NCBI GenBank assembly: GCA_032718475.1 | Contig: JAUCBJ010007253.1 | Coordinates: 156,974-220,973 of the forward strand | Origin: Nemertoderma westbladi | Taxonomy: Eukaryota; Animalia; Xenacoelomorpha | Direction of reading: 5' to 3' | DNA length: 64,000 bases | In this document: positions 28,166 to 39,400 of the stretch, piece by piece | Position numbering within the stretch: the stretch's first letter is position 1 | Layout of the letters: each line of letters starts with the position of its first letter | The notes under the pieces: generated by a model | Seen by the model: the letters and a program-made list of their open reading frames with translations, nothing else | What the model was told of the DNA's origin: nothing | Databases searched by the model: none | Made by a program: the position numbers and the translations under genes

Positions 28166-28400
28166 TTGCCCTAAATGTAACCCAATGAGGTCTTAGATTC
28201 CTACTGTAGACCAAAATCATTCCATAAATTATTATCTAAATGACATGGATTTAGATATTAGAAAACAATTTGAATAAATTGTAATATTGATAGAAACAAT
28301 AAAGTATTTAGTGCATCGTATTTACACTGATATTCTGAATTTACACAAAAATAATTGTTGGAAGGTGTACTTATTAATTATACTCAATAAATTCCCATAG

Positions 28401-28847
28401 ATTTAACTTCGTGAAGGACAAAAAAGGCATGATAGCTATAGTAAATCGTCCGGAACGTAACAAAGCTCTGGTTCCTCCTTACGATTACGTGTTTCGATGT
28501 CTCGGTTTCCGAATGGACTTCGATATATTTTCCAACGAGACTAAACCCGGCCCTATAAAACGTAACAAGTTCCCTCACATTGACCAGGACTACCAGGCTA
28601 TCGACCAGACAGGAGATCTCATCGAAGATCTCTACGTCATGGGTTCTCTCGCTCATTCTCTCGACTATAAACGAAGCGCGGGGGAGTTCATAGCCGGGTT
28701 CCGCTACACAACAAAGGCGTTGCATAGAATTCTGGAACACCGTTACCATGGTGTCCTGTGGCCATCTACAACGTATAAACTTGACGGTTATTTAACACAA
28801 CTGGTAAAACGAATAAATGAAATGGCCGGACCTAACCTTATGTCCGG
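28401..28847 (+). CDS. FOXRED2: FOXRED2-like gene B, exon 2
   Basis: CCCATAG|...TCCGG|GTAAGT. YDYVFRCLGFRMDFDIFSNETKP...GFRYT...KRINEMAGP matches the 3' part of gene A exon 1. Confidence 0.9.
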
Positions 28848-29330
28848 GTAAGTGAAATAATAAATTACAGTAGTTTGTTATATAAATAAATATTCGTTTT
28901 AATAGTAACATTTACAAAATCAGATGGTCGAAGTTGCAGATTTGATATTCTTTGGGGTGTGTCCGGTTAATTCGTGTCCGGACATCTCTTCATCGGAATC
29001 CGGTCTGTAAATCTGTAATCACCTTACTTGAGTTATAGGGCCTAGCTTATTGTTTTGGTTAGAAACTTCCGTCACTGTAACCTGCCCCTTAACCGGCCTA
29101 ACTAAATACTACAGTAGTATTTAGCTAGGCCCTTTAGTGAGTTTTACTATTAATTCTATTTACAGTTAATTCACTGAAGATGTCCACTACATGGATATAA
29201 TATATCTGGTCGAAATATATCTGGTAGCGCTTATCTCACTTTTATAAGTAGTTGGGTTATATTACTTTCTAGCATCCCGGTAATTACTGTGTTTCGCGTT
29301 GGAATTGTTATCTATTTGTTTTCTTTGTAG

Positions 29331-29461
29331 AACATTGGGAGATATATTGATAGTAAATGACGACGATTCGCTCAGTAATAATGGAAATAATGGATGGCCC
29401 TCAATAACTCATTTGGAAAATTTTCCTGTCAAATTACTTCATAGATTGGAGGAAATCACAG
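29331..29461 (+). CDS. FOXRED2: FOXRED2-like gene B, exon 3
   Basis: TTTCTTTGTAG|AACATTG...ATCACAG|GTGATA. Peptide TLGDILIV...ENFPVKLLHRLEEITG. Confidence 0.85.
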
Positions 29462-29510
29462 GTGATAAACATGCTGGTGTACAAAGCGGAGATAACTCCC
29501 ACTAGAAATG

Positions 29511-29733
29511 ACTCCCCAGTTATCTCAGCATATGCTGAGAACACTCCCCAGTTATCTCAGCCTAGGCTGAGAACACTCCCCAGTTATCTCAGCCTAGGCT
29601 GAGAACACTCCCCAGTTATCTCAGCATAGGCTGAGAACACTCCCCAGTTATCTCAGCCTAGGCTGAGAACACTCCCAGTTATCTCAGCATAGGCTGAGAA
29701 CACTCCACAGTTATCTCAGCCTAGGCTGAGAAC
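29511..29733. repeat. 32-bp tandem repeat, about 7 copies, with an 18-bp palindrome
   Basis: Unit CCCCAGTTATCTCAGCCTAGGCTGAGAACACT. Confidence 0.95.
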
Positions 29734-29740
29734 GGTAATG

Positions 29741-30217
29741 GTAAAAAATATTGAGAGTAAAAATAACGAGAGTAAAAATATCGAGAGTAAAAATAACGAG
29801 AGTAAAAATAACGAGAGTAAAAATATCGAGAGTAAAAATAACGAGTGTTGAAAATTAACGTGATTAAAAAATATCGAGAGTAAAAATAACGCGAGATGAA
29901 AAATATCGAAAATAACGAGTGTTGAAAAATAACGAGTGTTGAAAAATATCGAGAGTAAAAATATCGAGTGTTGAAAAATATCGAGAGTAAAAATATCGAG
30001 AGGAAAAATATCGAGTGTTGAAAAATATCGAGAGTAAAAATATCGAGTGTTGAAAAATATCGAGAGTAAAAATATCGAGAGTAAAAATATCGAGAGCAAA
30101 AATATCGAGTGTTGAAAAATATCGAGAATAAAAATATCGAGAGTAAAAATATCGAGTGTTGAAAAATATCGAGAGTAAAAATATCGAGAGTAAAAATATC
30201 GAGTGTTGATCGAGTGT
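29741..30217. repeat. mixed 15/17-bp tandem repeat
   Basis: Units AAAAATATCGAGAGT and AAAAATATCGAGTGTTG. Confidence 0.95.
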
Positions 30218-30902
30218 TTTAATCTGCACCCCAACCCAAAGGCGTACATAAGATTGATGGCAGAGAGGTGTTGGTTGGAAATGGTTGGACTGGTTCCCAG
30301 TTAGGCAATCCAATAGCAAGCACACCTGTGGAATGAGGGAGCTGGAAGTATAGGGTGTGGAGAGGCAGGGAATTTTAATAAGTTAATTACGTTTAGATCA
30401 ATTAAAAACTTAAAGCAAATCACTTGATCCAATTAGAAACTATAATGGAGTGGGGTATGGGGATTATAGTTTTTGAGAATAATTGTTTAACTCTTATACT
30501 AGAAAATAATTAATTTCCATTAAAAGGGCAAACAGAAAATGCTGTTTTTCACCGTAATCAACTTAATTATCTCATTTACTGCTTCTCCTCGAAGGCCACA
30601 CGTAAATTCTATTTTGAAAATTTCTAAACATTCGCCACTACTACTACTACTACTATTACAATAATCGGCCTGCTGCATTGAAACTGAACATTGAGCTAAG
30701 CTGAACATTGCCGGCTTAACAAAAATATTTTGTCACTACTATGCAATCCACAATTAGTAAGCCCAATGCAGCCTGCATTAAGAATGCTATGCCGGCTATT
30801 AAACAAAGTTGCACCGCCACAACTCCCTATACCCCCATGACTTTCCCGAGATTATCCACATCTTCAGGGCCAGTGTCCTTTATGAGGCGTCTTAAGAAAG
30901 TC

Positions 30903-31153
30903 ATAATAATAATAATATTGGTTATTTATATAGCGCTTTTCTACGCTCAGCATACTCAAAGCGCTTTAATTATCATTACCCCAGCAAAGCCAGTCAAGCG
31001 GTATAATGTTCCCAATATACCGCTGGGTTGACGTAAGCACTAATGTCTAAAGTGTCTTTTGCCTATGCTACAGCCTTTAGTCGGATTCGAACCTGCGCCA
31101 CAAAACACTATTGTGTAAGCAGTTCAGGCGCCGTATCCACTCGGACACTGCGA
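30903..31153 (-). mobile_element. tRNA-derived SINE with an L2-type tail
   Basis: Minus-strand A box TGTCCGAGTGG (31147-31137), B box GGTTCGAATCC (31093-31083), and 3' tail AGCGCTATATAAAT followed by (TTA)n. Confidence 0.7.
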
Positions 31154-31659
31154 CATGCTGTCATGGGCTATCCACCATGCTTATCTTCTCCATGAGGCTG
31201 CCAAAGCACAAGATTGTGCACAGGCTGGTCCTCACGGCAAAAACAATGTCCTACAAGCAGAAAATGCTGTTTTTTACCGTAATCAACTTAATTAACTCAT
31301 TTACTGATTTTATCTTAGCTTCTCGTGACACACGTAAATTCTATTTAGAAAGTTCTCCAGCAGTGCCCACTGAATCATAATCTGCGTTCATGGAGGGTTC
31401 TTGATACAGGTGGTATTGTACCATAAAGCTCGGCATTTGTCATGTGTTGTCTCCAGCTGATGTTTAGGGCTGCCCTTAGTAGTCTTGGGGGGTCAATATG
31501 ACCCCCCCCCCGTGGTTTTTTTATTATAATTCTGAAACAAACGCAGTTGGGAATCTGAAATTTTATGACTTTTCCTAAAAATCTATTGTCTTCCTATTAG
31601 TGAAAATCGTTTTTAAAAATATTGGGTAGTTTTCGAGTTATAGCACCATTTGTTAACCC

Positions 31660-31956
31660 TGTAGCTACGCTGAGAGTCGTCTCTTTAGCGTCCCACTTTA
31701 TAACATTATAATATTATAGCAAAATATAAGAATAGGTTTTATATTAGTGAGTTATATTGTCAATATTATGTTCAGACAATCAGAAGCCTGACAGCCTAAA
31801 GCAGTAGGCCTAAGTGCTACAGTATTGCACTGTATACTGAAAGTATATTCTCTAGTTGGGGCGAGCCATTCCGTGGGCGAGCCAACTAGTGAGTTATATT
31901 GAGCCAAGGGTCTATCAGTATCTTTTGTGTGCCCTTGTCCATGGTAGTCCGCTACA
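31660..31956 (-). repeat. Gypsy 3' LTR
   Basis: TGTAGC...GCTACA; adjacent PPT GGGGGGGTAG on the minus strand. Confidence 0.95.
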
Positions 31957-31965
31957 CTACCCCCC

Positions 31966-33052
31966 CTAGTGATAGATCCAAGGTGATTGATTTCCCGAGT
32001 AGTACGCCGGCGGTTGTGAAATGCGACCAGAGCGAGTTTTAGCGCAGGGCCGCGGTTGTGCGTTGTGTGGACACGGTGGGGTCTGGTTAGCGGCAGGTTT
32101 AGGTGTGGTCGGTTTGGGTACAGTTACAGCTGGAGCGGGATTGGGCGGATCGTCGAGGAATGCCGGTTTCAGTCGGTCTACTGAGACGTTGGTGTTGCGG
32201 CCGTTTACAGACAGGGAGAAATATTTGTCGGCCCGTTCTAGAACCTTAAAAGGTCCGTCGTACTGACACTGCAGGGGGCTCTTGTGGGCGTCGTGTCGGA
32301 CAAAAACGAATTCCGTCTGCAGCAGGTCGGCGGGGATGTGTGTCCGACGGTGTCCGTGGCGGGTGGTCGGGGTAGCACGGAGGCGGCTCATGGTCTGCTG
32401 GAGGCTGGTGATAAACTCGCTGGGATGGGCATGACAATCGTTCGTTGGGTCGGGGAGGAAAAATTCACTGGGAAAGCGGATCGTAGTCCCGTAGAGGAGT
32501 TCGGCCGGTGTGCAGCCAAGGTCTTCCTTCGGGGTGTTTCGGATTCCTAAGAGGACGAGGGGAAGTTCGTCCACCCAGTTCGCGCCAGTCAGCCGAGCTT
32601 TAAGGGACGCCTTAAGCTGTCTGTGGAAACGTTCCACAATTCCGTTAGACTGGGGGTGATAGGCGGTGGTGTGGTGTGATTGTGAGCCAAGCAACACGTT
32701 GAGGGAAGCCCACAGTTCGGATGTGAACTGGGCGCCGCGGTCGGATGTTATGTCGGCTGGAACTCCGTAGTGGGCCACCCAATGAGCGAGGAGTGCGCGG
32801 GCGCGGGATACGGCGGTGGCGTCGGCCATGGGGACAGCCTCGGGCCACCGGGTGAACCTGTCTATGATGGTGAAAAGATAAGTTGCGCCTTGGGAGGGGG
32901 GGGGGGGGGGGGGGACCCACGATGTCGACGTGGATCTTCTCGAAACGGCGATTCGGAGTTTGAAATGTCTCCAAGGGGGCCGATATGTGGCGTTGAGTTT
33001 TAGCTCGTTGACAACCGAGGCACTCCTTTGCCCACTTCCCGATGTCGCGGTG
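31966..33052 (-). pseudogene. Gypsy integrase of the left unit, frameshifted and cut off from RT by the BEL insertion
   Basis: Motifs [39 protein letters not shown] and TRSGR. Frameshift at a G19 run. Confidence 0.92.
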
Positions 33053-34281
33053 TGTAAAAGCTTTTGTGGGATAACTGATTCGTTTGCCTTGCCAACCAGT
33101 TCCCCCCCTGTCGCTAGAAATACTCAAAAGGGGATCTATAGTTAAAATAGTGTAAGCTACCAGCTTATTGGCTGATTTGCGGTATGCAGGTATCTGGGCT
33201 CTGTTTAATCGTCCAACTAGCCTAAGAGGGTTGCGTCATAGCCCTGTTTTTGTATCTCCCAATAGAATTTGAGTTATCCTGGATTTTAACCAATCCTGAG
33301 CTACTGAACTGAAATTTTCCTATCTCACTGCTCATCCTCTGTGTTGAACGGGAGCTTCGTGGAATAAGTGTAGTTGGTATTCTCGTAGTCACGAGTTTTT
33401 CAAAGCCACGAAAGAACGGCTTTATAGTGTTTTGTGCTTTTCTGCTTTTTAGCTCAACACTAGTAGGTTTAATTATAAGGACATATATCCTTTAACTAAT
33501 GACTGATCTAATCATACCTAACGACTTACGGACTAACAACACTCTGTGAATATCACTCTGCAAACACTGAAACATTGCAAACTCATAACAATCAGTGTTC
33601 AGTTGTTGTTTTATACTGCTATTTGCTGTCGGTTATTCATTATATTTGTGGATGAATTATTATATTTGGAATAACGAGAAACAACCCCGAAACCCAATAT
33701 TCTTGATATACCGAAGGTAAGAGAGAAAGGTTACAGATAAACGATTGTGACTTATGTTAAAGTGGTTTGAAGTGAATCTAATGTTATTTGATAGACCCTA
33801 CACGAGTCAGCCTGTGTTCCTTTTATATGTGACTAAAATCAGTGAAGATCGGCAGATTAGTGTGCAGTATTGTGCAGCATTGTGTATGCGTGAGTCTGTT
33901 AAAGAAGCATTTCCTAAAGAATGCGCCATATATGTTAATTATAACTAAACCATATCGTTGTGAGTAGTTTAAGTCATAACTCTGTTTATATAGATAGAGC
34001 GCCACGTCCTAAAGGAACTGTTAATATTCCCCGAAGGTGAATAATATTGTCAGAGATTATATAATACTGTCAGTCGAATAATACATTAGGCTTACATAGC
34101 AATAAGATTAAACCGTCGAACTCAATCTCCCGGGTATAACCAGCGGGTGAATGATCGCGCACGGATTGGTTTCGACTAGTGTAGTGAATCAAATACTTGT
34201 CGTAGGCAGAAAAGCGATTTAATATCTAGAAGACATCATAATTTGGCGGGTTAAACTGCCAAAGGTCTGAAAGCGCGAACA
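33053..34281 (+). repeat. BEL copy 1 5' LTR
   Basis: TGTAAAAG...GCGAACA; no difference from 44596-45824 noticed by eye. Confidence 0.95.
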
Positions 34282-34293
34282 TTAAAGGATATA
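34282..34293 (+). promoter_or_regulatory. non-tRNA primer-binding site complementary to the element's own LTR (33484-33495)
   Basis: TTAAAGGATATA is the exact reverse complement of TATATCCTTTAA; no TGG. Confidence 0.75.
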
Positions 34294-34581
34294 GCTTCTT
34301 TATTGCAGTAAGCAATAAAGTTGAAAGTACCGGTCAACCGGTAAACCTGAACGGTACATCTGTAGGTCAGTAGGCCCAACTGCAAGAACCGGTACTTCCG
34401 TATAAGTACAGCAGTATTATTCGATTTTGATAGTTGTATACCGGTAGGCCTTAATAATTAATCAGGGACTGCAGCCCTGGTTTTTTATTGAGATTTTTAC
34501 TTATCTCTGTCAAGTTTTATTTGTTTGTAGGCCAGTATTGAACAGAAGGCGTGTAAACCTGATCAGATTGTACAGACAATT

Positions 34582-35140
34582 TGTAGGCTGAGCTGTTGTC
34601 TGATTGCTGTTAGGTCTGAACGGATTGCAGTGTGTGTAGAGCAACTGTCCGGTTAAGTACGGTTAGGAAGTAGGGGCAGCGAATGCGGTAAGGTAAACCC
34701 CCAGCTAAAGAATAAGTCGTACTACTGGGTTAGAACGCATACTACCTAATCATTCCGGAGTCTGCATGTCCTGTAGTTTATTTAGGCTTGAGAGTAGTCT
34801 GCCATCGTTTAGTCTGTACTTTGTTTGTGTAAGTCTGTACAGGTAGCGTATAATATTATTTGGATAATTTGTAGGCTGGATAATTGTCTGGCTGTTATCA
34901 GGTCTGAACGGATTGTAGTGTGTGTAGAGCACCTGTCCGATTGAGTACGGTTAGGAAGTAGGGGCAGCGAACGCTGTAAGGTAAACCCCCAGCTAAAGAA
35001 TAAGTCGTACTACTGGGTTAGAACGCATACTGCCTAATCATTTCGGAGTCTGCATATACCGTAGTTTGTTTAGGCTTGATAGTAGTCTGTCGGTATTTGG
35101 TCTGCATTTTGTTTGAGTAGTTTGTACGCGTAGCGTAATA
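34582..35140 (+). repeat. 288-bp direct duplication in the BEL 5' leader
   Basis: TGTAGGCTG at 34582 and 34870; the same duplication is at 57218 and 57506 in copy 2. Confidence 0.9.
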
Positions 35141-36461
35141 TTTATTATTCAGAGTTTATGCGATTATTCGCAACCTTCATATTCCCCAAGTTTGTTCCTA
35201 CAGTAATTGTGTTTGTTATACATACCGCTATAGTTAAATTAACCCCGGTACTACACGGGCTGCTTGGCGTAGGTAAAGACTGGTGATTTTGTGCACCGGT
35301 TACTCCAGCAGATGCCGTGGTTCTTTTAGCTGTTCAAGTATATTTAACTACTGATTATCTGTTGTACAAGTACTCGTACCTAATTTAGGGTTTAGTGTAC
35401 AGTGCTTTCCGAAAGTAATTATTGTAGGCATTATATTTGTGTTGTAAAGTGGTTGATAGGCACCTTCGATTAGCTCTATTAGCTTCTAGGTAGGAACACT
35501 CCGTGATACATAACGTAGAACCTATAGCGATACGGCCATAGGTCGTCAGGCGGTGGTATTTTCCTATCTAGACAACGCAGTGTATTTACTACTACTTATT
35601 ATTTTCAAATACCGTAGTACCCTGTTCGTTGTAATAGCCAGATTCTAACCCTTTGTTAGGCTGGTTTGTAGACTTCTTGTAAAATTACCCTAAAAAATTC
35701 GTATTTTGTGTTTTTTTGTAAATTTTTGTGTTTATTTAGAGATTGTAATCTCAACCCGAATTGTACGTAATTTGTAGTATTAAGTAACTTAGGTAAATTA
35801 GAATTATTTGTTTTAGTGTCCTATAAGTAACACTTCACTGAAAGCGTACCGCTTTGTGCAGTGATTACCCCCAGAAATAATAACATTTATTTCAACATTG
35901 AAAAACCCAGTAAAACGGGTATATATATATTATAAATCAAATCTAACGATTTATAAATAGTAGGCCTACCATACAACCATTAGGTCTCAATATCAGTTGG
36001 ACTACTGCTCAAATAACGGTAATAAAGTAAGTAAAGTAACAAAGTAACCCTAAAGTACAGAAATTCAATTATTTAAAATAATTGATATACCGGTATTTAC
36101 GATAGGCCTATTATCTTTATTTCTGTAAATTTAGGCTGAAATTATACCGGTACTTGTAATTAATTCTAGTTCAGAATTATATATACTACAAACTGTAAGC
36201 TGTATACCGGTATTCCCGATAGGCCTATTATATATTTATATATATTTGTGCTAAAATTATACCGGTATTCTGAGATAAACCTAGTCTGTAATACTACTTA
36301 TATATAATATAAGCATACCGGTATTCTAATATATTATCTATATATCACTCTACATTGAGTAGCAGTATCGGTAGTTAATTACTAGGCTAGTAGTTAATAC
36401 TGAATTACTAGACTTGCTTAGACTGTAATATAGCAGTAGGCATTCAACTGTATATACAAAT

Positions 36462-39400
36462 ATGTCTGATACTAAGCAGAACCTGTCAGACAGTCTATTA
36501 GATGTAACTATCTGCGACTCGGATAGAGGTGTAGAACCCTCTAGTCGTAAGTCCAGTTCACCTCCCACTGTGAGGAAGGTCATCCCTCCAGTAGTAATAA
36601 CAGAACCTAGGCTAGTCCAACATCGTAGGTCTATCATAGGCACCCGAGCTCAGGTCAAGCGGGACCAAGAAGCAGCGGAACAGCAACAACCCGCGAGTCA
36701 AGAACTTATTACTCAGCGGCCCAGCAGCTCCAGTAGTGAGGATACTGTAGAGCTGACACCCGAGCGCGGAGCAGAGATGACGGATGCGGTTTATACGGAT
36801 CCCCTTCTCATCCTTCCTGCAGCCGTACTCACTAGGTTATTGATCGCGGTGGAAGAACACCAGATCGATTGGGCGAGAAGTCAACGACCAACTAGAGATA
36901 GTTATGCGGGATACACGAGTGAAGAACTGAAGTCTATTGTCGAGTCACAATGGAACTTCCCCGGACCCGGACTCCCGTTTGATTTATCAGAAGCTGCCTG
37001 GGAAGACATACACCGGATGGGAGTAGCCAAGGAAACCATCGATCCAGCTGTATGGAAGAGGTCCGCAGCCGGATACGCACAAGGATTCTTCAGCTCTATG
37101 GAGCGAGTAGAAAAACAACTGTTTCAACAACCTCAAGGACCTCAAGAGCAGGGATCGCTGCTTTATCAAGTTAGAGAAAGAGTTCTGCGAATTAGGCTAA
37201 TCTTATCCGCCTTTGAGGAGGCTTCTAAAAGAAGACAAGACACGTCGTTGCAAGTTGCCGTGAAGACTTGGTTTCAACGAGTGAGATGCCAGGTTCAAGG
37301 AGCAGCTCAGTGGAAAGCTCAGTTGGAGGAGCGCTCAACCCATGGAGAATCAACCGACGCTACTTTTTCCCAAGTGGAAAGTGAAGCGACGGCAGAGAAA
37401 CCACATAAGAAGGATGCCATTGACATCTATCTGTCAGACTATCAGCGCTTTGTAGGAGACGCAGAGTTGAGGAGAAGGTTAGAGGGACTTAGCCCTAATA
37501 GCGAAGGAGCCAAACTTGTGTTGGATGCAATTGATGTAGATAGGTTAGCGGCGAACCAAGCTAAATTCGATGAACAACTCCGCATCGCTAGAGAAAGGGA
37601 AGAACAAGTAAAGAAAAAACGTATAGAAGACAGAAAGGCAGCGGCAGTAGCAGCAGCAGTGGCATCTGCAGAGGCTGAAAGAAAAACGGCAGCGGCAGAG
37701 GCAAAAGCGGCAGCGGCAGAGGCAGCGGCAGAGGCAAAGGCAGCAGCCGAAGCTGAAAGAAAAACGGCAGCGGCAGAGGCAAAAGCGGCAGCGGCAGCGG
37801 CAGAGGCAAAGGCAGCAGCCGAAGCGGAAAGAAAAACGGCAGCGGCAGAGGCAAAAGCGGCAGCGGCAGAGGCAGCGGCAGAGGCAAAGGCAGCAGCCGA
37901 AGCGGAAAGAAAGGTGGCGGAGGCAGTGGTAGAAGCAGAACGGAGAGCGGCTGAAGAAACCAACCAATTAGAATTGGAAAACATTCAAGAGAATCAAGAC
38001 TGCATAAACAAACAGTTAACAGCTAGTAATATGCAGATGATGAATCGATCTACTCCCAAAAGACAGGGATATACATCATCTGAGGAAGGCGATACCACCG
38101 ATACGGAAGGCAAAGGAAATAGATCTTGTCTAAGCAGACGTAAAAGAACGTTCCACCGTCAAAAATTGCCTGATTTGCCTCCAGCTGTTAGAAGGCAACT
38201 AAATAGCACCAATTTAGGTAGTACAGAACCCACAGACCAAATAATTAAAATCGAAAGACTCCCTACTATAGTAGATGAGCCTGAAATAATTAGGCCTGTT
38301 CTTGAAATCACCCCTACGGTGATAGACACACCTGTGCTCCCTGAAATAACCGCTAAATTCCCTCTGCATAGCACTAAGCTACCTGTGCCCCGTAGAACTG
38401 CCCAGGAGACAGTTCAGGTCCTGTACCCCGAGCGAAATATTCATAATTTGTCGCCCGTTGTCCCTCGTCCGCCCGCTACATCGTTGGCGACTCCCGCTTC
38501 GGCGGTCGAATGGGTGGACGAGAGACGGCGGGGGATGGATATTCTGCTCGGGCAGATGCAGGAGACTGTCCAGCAGTTTAAGGGCACGGTAAGGGAAAGT
38601 AAACTAGAGTTGCAAGAAATGCAGCAAAGTATCGCGCTAGAGCGCGATAAATTAGTAAATACCCAAAGGGGTATACCACCACCCTCTGTAACAATGTGTC
38701 AACCCGTTAGGTCTGAAGTATCTCATGCGCAAGGTGTGGAGCCTACACGCATCTATACTGCTAGCGAAGTAGAAACTCCTATAGTGAACCCTATTAAGGG
38801 TAATTATAGACCTGTTGATAATGATATTCCCTATAGACCGGATCATAATCCAAGAAATTTATATACCGATAACTCGATATTAAATAACACGATGGCCCAA
38901 GAAAGTTTTACGCGTCAAATGGCTAGAACCGAAGCCCGGCAAGCGGTAAAGGTTGGAGAGATCGTCAAGTTCAATGGAGATGAGATGAAATGGTTACCTT
39001 TTAATGAATATTACAAAGATAACATACAGAACTCTGTACTGTCTAACGGAGAGAAACTTAGATTCCTCATCGAATGTTTGGAAGGACCTCCCAAGTCAAT
39101 GGCGTTAAAATTTATTGGACATCCAGATGGATTAAGACAAGTTTGGGATACACTAAACATCAGGTATGGTAATAGGACTAACATAGCTAGGTATTTATAT
39201 GCGAAATTAATGGCGCCCCGAAAGTTTCTTAGCAGCGGGATTATAGAGTTTTCCGATGAGATTCAGGAGATCTGTAGACAACTAGATTGGTTAGGTAAGT
39301 CTCATGAATACCAGAATTCTATGGTTGTAGGAGCCTTAGCATCTACTTTGCCCAAGGGTGGAGTAGGTACACGCTGGGACAAGAAGGTGTTATATATGAT

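Noticed and set aside
25211-28220. YSTVGCRPTL and YSVGLHPTVL repeat ORFs, including the tail of the 437-aa ORF
   Set aside because: Read-through into an intronic minisatellite; homology resumes at 28401.
19765-29733. CRISPR-like palindromic repeats of about 30 bp
   Set aside because: Head-to-tail units with no unique spacers, no cas genes, and a spliced eukaryotic context.
29716-30325. Hydrophobic 153-177-aa ORFs
   Set aside because: Translations of the 15/17-bp repeat.
30536-31350. Direct repeat of about 90 bp at 30536 and 31261
   Set aside because: Degenerate and no identifiable element; too little evidence to call.
33754-33948. 64-aa ORF repeated in all three BEL LTRs
   Set aside because: Differences between copy 1 and copy 2 are largely amino-acid changing; it recurs only because it lies in the LTR.
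33053-36460. Hammerhead ribozyme as the primer-cleaving agent
   Set aside because: No CTGATGA...GAAA core with supporting stems found by eye.
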